Shown here: positions 34,421 to 39,650 of the stretch, piece after piece
How the letters are laid out: every line of letters starts with the position of its first letter
Position numbering within the stretch: the stretch's first letter is position 1
Source of the DNA: a virus
Taxonomy: Duplodnaviria > Caudoviricetes
Virus record (IMG/VR): IMGVR_UViG_3300012910_000001
Coordinates: 1-39,650 of that record
DNA length: 39,650 nucleotides
Strand: one strand, 5' to 3'
The notes under the pieces: generated by a model
Seen by the model: only the letters and a program-made list of their open reading frames with translations
The model's database searches: none
What the model was told of the DNA's origin: nothing
Translations under genes and position numbers: made by a program

Positions 34421-34981
34421 ATTAGCCAAATATATAAAACACTATCTTCTGGGGGACCAATCCCACCTGTTATACCAACCTCTTTTGTAACTCAAAACGG
34501 AACTGCAGTTCCGGCAGCAAACATACTTTTAGTAAATGCAAATGATTCCACAGAAAACAATGATAATGGAATCATAACTAAAGGTGGCGTGGTTGGAACG
34601 GGAACAGCAAACGAAGTAGATATAGTTATTACTAATAGAGTTCAAGGCAGCGCTACAACTATAGGGGCGGCTACATCTACGATAATAACTTTTACGCCTA
34701 CAGTTATAGGAACTTATGCATTTGAATTTAGACTAGCAGCTTACAATACTACAAGTTTACTTGGCTCAGGAGCCAGTTTATTTGGAGCAATCAGATTTGA
34801 TGGAGTAAATTCAAACGTATGTGATCTTTTCGATGAAATAAATAATGATGAAGGCGCTATGACAGGGACAAATCTTGCTGTGATTTCTTCAGGTGCAAGT
34901 ATGCTACTTCAAGTTACTGGATATGCTGCACAAACCATTAATTGGTCGGCAGTTGGATTATATACATTTGTGGGGGTCTAA
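34421..34981 (+). CDS. Tail-associated protein, probable ATT start
   Basis: The frame extends from the tracked GTG 34589 up to ATT 34421 (xSQIYKTLSSGGPIPP...), after GAGGTG. Confidence 0.65.
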   Translation: MSQIYKTLSSGGPIPPVIPTSFVTQNGTAVPAANILLVNANDSTENNDNGIITKGGVVGTGTANEVDIVITNRVQGSATTIGAATSTIITFTPTVIGTYAFEFRLAAYNTTSLLGSGASLFGAIRFDGVNSNVCDLFDEINNDEGAMTGTNLAVISSGASMLLQVTGYAAQTINWSAVGLYTFVGV

Positions 34982-36546
34982 TGGCTGGATCAAAAAATGA
35001 TGTCGTCGTAGGAAAAAATGCAGACTTTAGTCAAGCAGGTGCGCCTAATGCAACTACATCTGAAGCAAATGGTCTAGCAACTAATGGCCAATTATGGATA
35101 GGAACCACCGCATTAAATGCAGGTGGGACTCATGTTAATGTTGGTTTATTAACTTCTCCAAATGGAAGCATCACATTTGGGTATTCATCTCCTAATATCA
35201 CTGCTCAAGTAACAGGTGGTTCAACTGTGGGGCAGACCATTACCGGAGATACTGGAGGTGCTTTAAGCCCTACAGCTGGAAATTGGAATATATTAGGCCA
35301 ACAGTCAGGAACAATTCCTGTAGTGGATACCATTGGGACAGCTCCAAGTACTTTGAGAGTGGAAGACAGAACTTGGAATACTTCTTTGGTTGTAGATCCT
35401 TCAGCTACTGTTGGTTTGAGAGGAACTTTTCAAACTATAACAGCAGCATTAGCTGCAGCGGTATCTGGTCAAGACATCTTTATTAGACCGGGAACTTATA
35501 CAGAAAATTTAACATTGAAAGCTGGTGTTAATTTAACATCATTTTTATGCGATTCTTCTCCATCAAATAATGCCGGGGTTTCTAGCACAATAATCATTGG
35601 TAAATTGACATGTACTTATTCAGGAACGGTTGGAATTTCAGGATTAGAATTAAGAACTAATTCAGATTTCTGTATAGAAAGTACCGGTGCTAATGAAGCT
35701 TATTTAAATGTGTTTAAATGTAATATCAATGCACTAAATAATACAGCTATCAATGGTACTAACGCAAACTTTAGACCAAAGTTTACAGAATGTACTGGAA
35801 ATTTAGGAACAACAGGCATAGCTTTATTTACTTTTTCTACAGCGGCATTGCCAAATTTTAATAACTGTAATTTTACGAATATCGGAAATTCAGCAACTGC
35901 TTCTACTATAGCTGGTGGTCAGTTGCAAATGAATAACACTCGTTTTGAGTCTTTTTCCATAACAACTTCTTCAACTGCTACTTTAAGGCTTTACAATTGC
36001 GTATTTGAGAATAGCAATCTTATTGCTATTACCCATGGTGGAGGAGATTCTTTTTGTTATGGATGCACATTTGCTTCCGGAACTGCATCTGCTGTATCTG
36101 TAGGATCAGGTTCAACTTTAAGATTGGTAGATTGTCAAATAACTTCTACTAATACAAATGCAGTGACAGGCTTAGGTCAAGTAAGATATTCAGGATTAGT
36201 GTTCCCAGATGCTTCCTCTTTAATCAATACAACAACACAAGTTCCAAATGTAAGGTCTAATGATGCTGTAACAATTGTAACTCCAGGTGCTTACCCCTAT
36301 ACTACAATTCCTCAAGATGCGGTTATTTTAGTGGATTCTTCTTCAGCAAGAACAATAGTACCTCTTGCATCCCCATCTACTGGCCAAGTTCATAGGATCA
36401 AAGATAATGTTGGGTCAGCAGGAACAAATAATATTACCATCACCCCTTCAGGAAAAAATATTGATGGAGTGGCTTCATTTGTAATTGCAACTAATTGGGG
36501 AAGTGCGGATATCGTGTATAACGGAACGCAATGGAATTGTTTATGA
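34981..36546 (+). CDS. Tail spike with pectin-lyase-like beta-helix
   Basis: FQTITAALAAA..GQDIFIRPGTYTENLTLK cap motif followed by Asn/Cys-ladder repeats. Confidence 0.7.
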   Translation: MAGSKNDVVVGKNADFSQAGAPNATTSEANGLATNGQLWIGTTALNAGGTHVNVGLLTSPNGSITFGYSSPNITAQVTGGSTVGQTITGDTGGALSPTAGNWNILGQQSGTIPVVDTIGTAPSTLRVEDRTWNTSLVVDPSATVGLRGTFQTITAALAAAVSGQDIFIRPGTYTENLTLKAGVNLTSFLCDSSPSNNAGVSSTIIIGKLTCTYSGTVGISGLELRTNSDFCIESTGANEAYLNVFKCNINALNNTAINGTNANFRPKFTECTGNLGTTGIALFTFSTAALPNFNNCNFTNIGNSATASTIAGGQLQMNNTRFESFSITTSSTATLRLYNCVFENSNLIAITHGGGDSFCYGCTFASGTASAVSVGSGSTLRLVDCQITSTNTNAVTGLGQVRYSGLVFPDASSLINTTTQVPNVRSNDAVTIVTPGAYPYTTIPQDAVILVDSSSARTIVPLASPSTGQVHRIKDNVGSAGTNNITITPSGKNIDGVASFVIATNWGSADIVYNGTQWNCL

Positions 36547-36573
36547 TTATAAAATATAAATTAGGATTTTTTT

Positions 36574-37224
36574 ATGGCAAATGTAGGGAAAGGGACAACA
36601 GGAACAGTCCTTCAAGGCGCTGGAACTGGATCAAGTCCTAAATTTTCAACTGCTACATATCCAGCAACTGCGACTGGCACAGGAACAATTCTTAGAGCTG
36701 ATGGAACAAATTGGGTCGCTAGCACTGCAACCTACCCGAATACTGCAGGCACTTCAGGAAACGTACTGACATCTGATGGAACAAATTGGGTAAGTTCTGC
36801 TGCTTCTTCATCAGTATTTTATAATGGTTATTTAGCAACTGGATTAGCTGGGAATACCCCAGTCGATTCAACAACATATTATCCTTTTCAAAGTTCTGGA
36901 TTAATTGGAAATACATCATCATCATCGACTCCTAATCGCGTATATGTCACTACTGCTTTTACCCTAAACAAAGTATATGGAGTTTTTACAGTTGGTGGAA
37001 CTTTAGGATCTGCAGAAAATGTTATAGTGTTTGTTAGAGTGAATGACACGACTAATACGAATATTTCCAGTACGGTTCAATTGACATCTGCAACAGTCGC
37101 TTTTAACAATACTTCATTGGGAGTTGCACTTTCTCCTGGAGATTTTTTTATGTTTGGCTTTACTTGCCCTGCATGGGTAACAAATCCAACAACAGTGAAT
37201 TTCATGGTAGGATGGTCTAGCTAA
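36574..37224 (+). CDS. Tail fibre / receptor-binding-like protein
   Basis: TATYP.TA...G..L..DGTNWV repeats; C-terminal beta domain. Confidence 0.65.
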   Translation: MANVGKGTTGTVLQGAGTGSSPKFSTATYPATATGTGTILRADGTNWVASTATYPNTAGTSGNVLTSDGTNWVSSAASSSVFYNGYLATGLAGNTPVDSTTYYPFQSSGLIGNTSSSSTPNRVYVTTAFTLNKVYGVFTVGGTLGSAENVIVFVRVNDTTNTNISSTVQLTSATVAFNNTSLGVALSPGDFFMFGFTCPAWVTNPTTVNFMVGWSS

Positions 37225-37246
37225 TCACATTAAAAAGGAAAAGAAT

Positions 37247-37405
37247 ATGAAATTTATCAGTTTGTTTCTTTTAACAACAATAATGGGATGCTCATCTGAA
37301 GATATTCAAAATCCTGAACCTAAAAATTTGCCACTAGAAAAAGAAATAAATAAAATCAAACAACACCCTATTATGAAAAAGGTAAGTGATGGACAAAAAA
37401 ATTAA
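37247..37405 (+). CDS. 52-aa putative lipoprotein
   Basis: MKFISLFLLTTIMG-C signal/lipobox-like N-terminus; AAGGA RBS. Confidence 0.5.
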   Translation: MKFISLFLLTTIMGCSSEDIQNPEPKNLPLEKEINKIKQHPIMKKVSDGQKN

Positions 37406-37523
37406 AGCCATTCAAAAAAAAACTAAATCATTAGCCAAAGATGAATCTAAACTTCTTAAAGCTGATAAGAAGATGGATAAAAAAATGGCTAAATGCGATA
37501 TGAAAATGGCTAAAAAAAAGTAA
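37389..37523 (+). CDS. 44-aa lysine-rich peptide
   Basis: MDKKIKAIQKKTK...MAKKK; AAGGT RBS. Confidence 0.5.
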   Translation: MDKKIKAIQKKTKSLAKDESKLLKADKKMDKKMAKCDMKMAKKK

Positions 37524-37524
37524 T

Positions 37525-37800
37525 TTAATTCGATTGGTTGATAAAAGGGATCACTTCGGCTCTTTGAGGTGATCCCTGTTTTAATTCCTCTAGCTCTATC
37601 TTTATTTTATGACAAAGATCTCTTAAGATCTCTACTTCTTCCTGAATCGTAGAAAATCTAGCGAATAAACCTTTCTGAACATTCTGACACTTCTTATCTA
37701 AAATTCTGAAATCTTTTTCAATTAATGTAATATCTAATTTAGTTGCTGGAGTTTTGTGTTTTTCTAAGTCTAAAAAGTCCAATTGAATCGCAATTGTCAT
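37525..37800 (-). CDS. Hypothetical coiled-coil protein
   Basis: 91-aa ORF (IQLDF...VQKGLFAR). Confidence 0.6.
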   Translation of the reverse strand: MTIAIQLDFLDLEKHKTPATKLDITLIEKDFRILDKKCQNVQKGLFARFSTIQEEVEILRDLCHKIKIELEELKQGSPQRAEVIPFINQSN

Positions 37801-37906
37801 AGGATGTTATTCTTACTTTAAGTTTTTTAAAAATTTCGTGTCGTTGGGACGAAATTTTATCTAGAACTAAATTTATATTCCACTGAAAGGAATTTTTATG
37901 TAGATT

Positions 37907-38092
37907 ATGAAAAAAAAGTTTATAGGTAAAAAAATGGAATCCATAAAACAAAAATCTAAAGTGAAAAAAGTGATGAAAGAATTCAAAGAAGGCGATCTTC
38001 ATTCTGGATCTAAAAAAGGACCTCTTGTTAAAAATCCTAGACAAGCTACCGCAATTGCAATGAGCGAAGCTAAAATCAAAAGGAAGAAATGA
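37907..38092 (+). CDS. DUF6496-like small basic protein
   Basis: KVMKEFKEGDLHSGSKKGPLVKNPRQATAIAMSEA. Confidence 0.7.
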   Translation: MKKKFIGKKMESIKQKSKVKKVMKEFKEGDLHSGSKKGPLVKNPRQATAIAMSEAKIKRKK

Positions 38093-38337
38093 TCCAAGAT
38101 GGATGGGGATATGGAAAATCTAACTATTGGCCGTATGTAGCAAAAAAGGTTGCTAAAGATGAATCTGAAGAATGCGAACATATAGATAACCAAGACTTAT
38201 TAGTTAAAATTAGATATATGTACGACCCCAATTCATATAATGTGAAAATAAAGGTAAGATGCGCTTCTTGTTTTGAGACTTTTCCTAAAACTTCACAAAA
38301 AGTAAAGCAGAAGTTCTTGGAATTCTACGGAAAATAA
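38089..38337 (+). CDS. Hypothetical zinc-binding protein
   Basis: CEH...CASC; ATGA overlap. Confidence 0.6.
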   Translation: MIQDGWGYGKSNYWPYVAKKVAKDESEECEHIDNQDLLVKIRYMYDPNSYNVKIKVRCASCFETFPKTSQKVKQKFLEFYGK

Positions 38338-38412
38338 CTATATTTTTCATACATATGAAAACCTAATTTCGTGTATACGATATCGATACATGCACACAAA
38401 ACAGGGATTTTA

Positions 38413-39261
38413 ATGTATAAATATATTCTCATAGCTTTCGTATTCATAACACTTCAAGCTTTTAGTAGTGAAAGATGTGAATTTTCCTTAAATGATTTTA
38501 TCAATCATCATTCTAGTACAAAGGTTACAGTAAAACCTCGTGCTATGGTAAAAATATTCGAAGATAGTAAGCAAAGTTTTCTTGAAGAAGCAAAATTTGC
38601 AAGGATATCGGCAAATAAATATTTTATCGAAGCTGAAAAATATTCAAATTTTTCTTTTAGTTTAGATATTCAAGAGCAAATCAAAGCACTAACAAGTTCA
38701 TCGATTGGAACTTTTCTTATACAAAATCCTAAAGAAAAAATCTTAGTCGTTGCTTTATCAGTGATAGGAGATTGTGCGGCTCAGTATGTGTCAGGAGCTT
38801 ATGAAAACTATAGTAATTTTAAACGAAATATTGGATTAGCTGCAGCTGAATTAGAAAGATGTAACGCAGCTTTGAGCATGTCTATGGGAGCATCCCTATT
38901 TATTCATCATAACCTAACTTATGAAGATTATTATCTTGAAATTTCAGAAAACGTTGAAAGTTCTATAAACTATTTGATAATAGTAGAAATGTATGCAGCA
39001 TTAATGGAAAAACCTCTTGATAGCTATGCTCTTTCAGCTAAAATTCAAGTGATTAGAGAAAGTATGGTTAAGGAAATACAAAACTTTGGGCGTATAGTTA
39101 CAAAGCATTCTCATAAAATTAATTCGTTAATGGAAAATCTCCCTGAAATACTTGCAGAATGCAACCCAATAGACCGAGGATTAACCACTGAAATTTACTA
39201 TACACTGAAGACAGTTCTTAAGAAAATAACGATAGCAGAAAGAAGGCTAGAAATTGGGTGA
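38413..39261 (+). CDS. Putative secreted/membrane protein
   Basis: Signal-peptide-like MYKYILIAFVFITLQAFS from ATG 38413. Confidence 0.65.
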   Translation: MYKYILIAFVFITLQAFSSERCEFSLNDFINHHSSTKVTVKPRAMVKIFEDSKQSFLEEAKFARISANKYFIEAEKYSNFSFSLDIQEQIKALTSSSIGTFLIQNPKEKILVVALSVIGDCAAQYVSGAYENYSNFKRNIGLAAAELERCNAALSMSMGASLFIHHNLTYEDYYLEISENVESSINYLIIVEMYAALMEKPLDSYALSAKIQVIRESMVKEIQNFGRIVTKHSHKINSLMENLPEILAECNPIDRGLTTEIYYTLKTVLKKITIAERRLEIG

Positions 39262-39311
39262 AAAAGTAAAAAATAATTTACATAAATTGTTGTATTGTAT
39301 ACGGTGAATTC

Positions 39312-39342
39312 AAGAAAAGAACCTCCTTACTCTTTTCTTTTT
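39312..39342. terminator. Possible terminator between convergent genes
   Basis: AAGAAAAGA/TCTTTTCTT inverted repeat running into a T tract. Confidence 0.35.
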
Positions 39343-39365
39343 AACATCCATCTATCCCCAAAGAT

Positions 39366-39650
39366 TTAGGTCTCTGGGGATTTTTCATCTTTTAAAGTCA
39401 CGATCCAAGATTCTATTGGAGCTTTTCTATATAGGTCTAGTTCTACATTTTTAAGCTCTGGGATACGTGCATACTCCACTGGACCTTTGCGGATGTATTT
39501 TGTAAGTTTAAGGCCATCTCCATGCGCGGATCTATTATTAGCCAGGAAAATGAGTTCTTGTTTGACTCTATTTTTTTCGTTCTCGATTTCGATAAGTTGT
39601 TGTTTGATCTCAAGCTCTTTGTATTGCAAATCTCGATATTTTCCAGATGA
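39366..39650 (-). CDS. C-terminal part of the YqaJ-like exonuclease (wraps from position 1)
   Basis: In frame with 1..738 through the terminal repeat. Confidence 0.85.
   Translation of the reverse strand, partial: SSGKYRDLQYKELEIKQQLIEIENEKNRVKQELIFLANNRSAHGDGLKLTKYIRKGPVEYARIPELKNVELDLYRKAPIESWIVTLKDEKSPET
39528..39650. repeat. Terminal direct repeat, copy 2
   Basis: Identical to 1-123. Confidence 0.95.

Noticed and set aside
616-38193. Short overlapping or antisense ORFs in the track (e.g. 616, 1651, 2126, 3591, 8298, 11958, 12905, 18484, 28708, 31961-33346, 37739)
   Set aside because: They are shadows of longer, motif-bearing genes and have atypical composition.
1-39650. Stop-codon reassignment, CRISPR array, diversity-generating retroelement or complete tRNA genes
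   Set aside because: TAA, TAG and TGA all end genes with tight packing. I saw no repeat-spacer array, no reverse transcriptase and no full cloverleaf.

Overview
This window is an apparently complete, circular, AT-rich tailed-phage genome of about 39,527 bp: bases 1-123 are repeated exactly at 39528-39650, and the YqaJ exonuclease gene reads through the junction. It carries a leftward recombination block (YqaJ + RecT-like), a Cro-like HTH, a replication initiator with internal iteron-like repeats, a RusA-like gene, terS/terL, portal, scaffold and major capsid protein. These are followed by a podovirus-like tail/ejection region with no tape measure, several tail fibre/spike genes and three homing-endonuclease-like genes. 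I see no integrase and no endolysin. The main discovery is in the major capsid gene, which is split into 5 exons by 4 insertions. Two are complete group I introns (771 and 415 nt). Each is preceded, across a 26- or 24-nt micro-exon, by a tiny core-less 'mini-intron' (79 and 36 nt). Each mini-intron has a perfect P1/P10 internal guide sequence, a U.G splice-site pair, a terminal G and an extra helix that tethers it to the micro-exon. This suggests satellite introns spliced by the neighbouring ribozyme. Other notable signals are three structural genes that appear to start at AUU, an exact 17-bp palindrome present 4 times, a GC-rich structured RNA in the head module and an orphan tRNA 3' fragment. 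All calls come from reading the sequence by eye; no searches were run.
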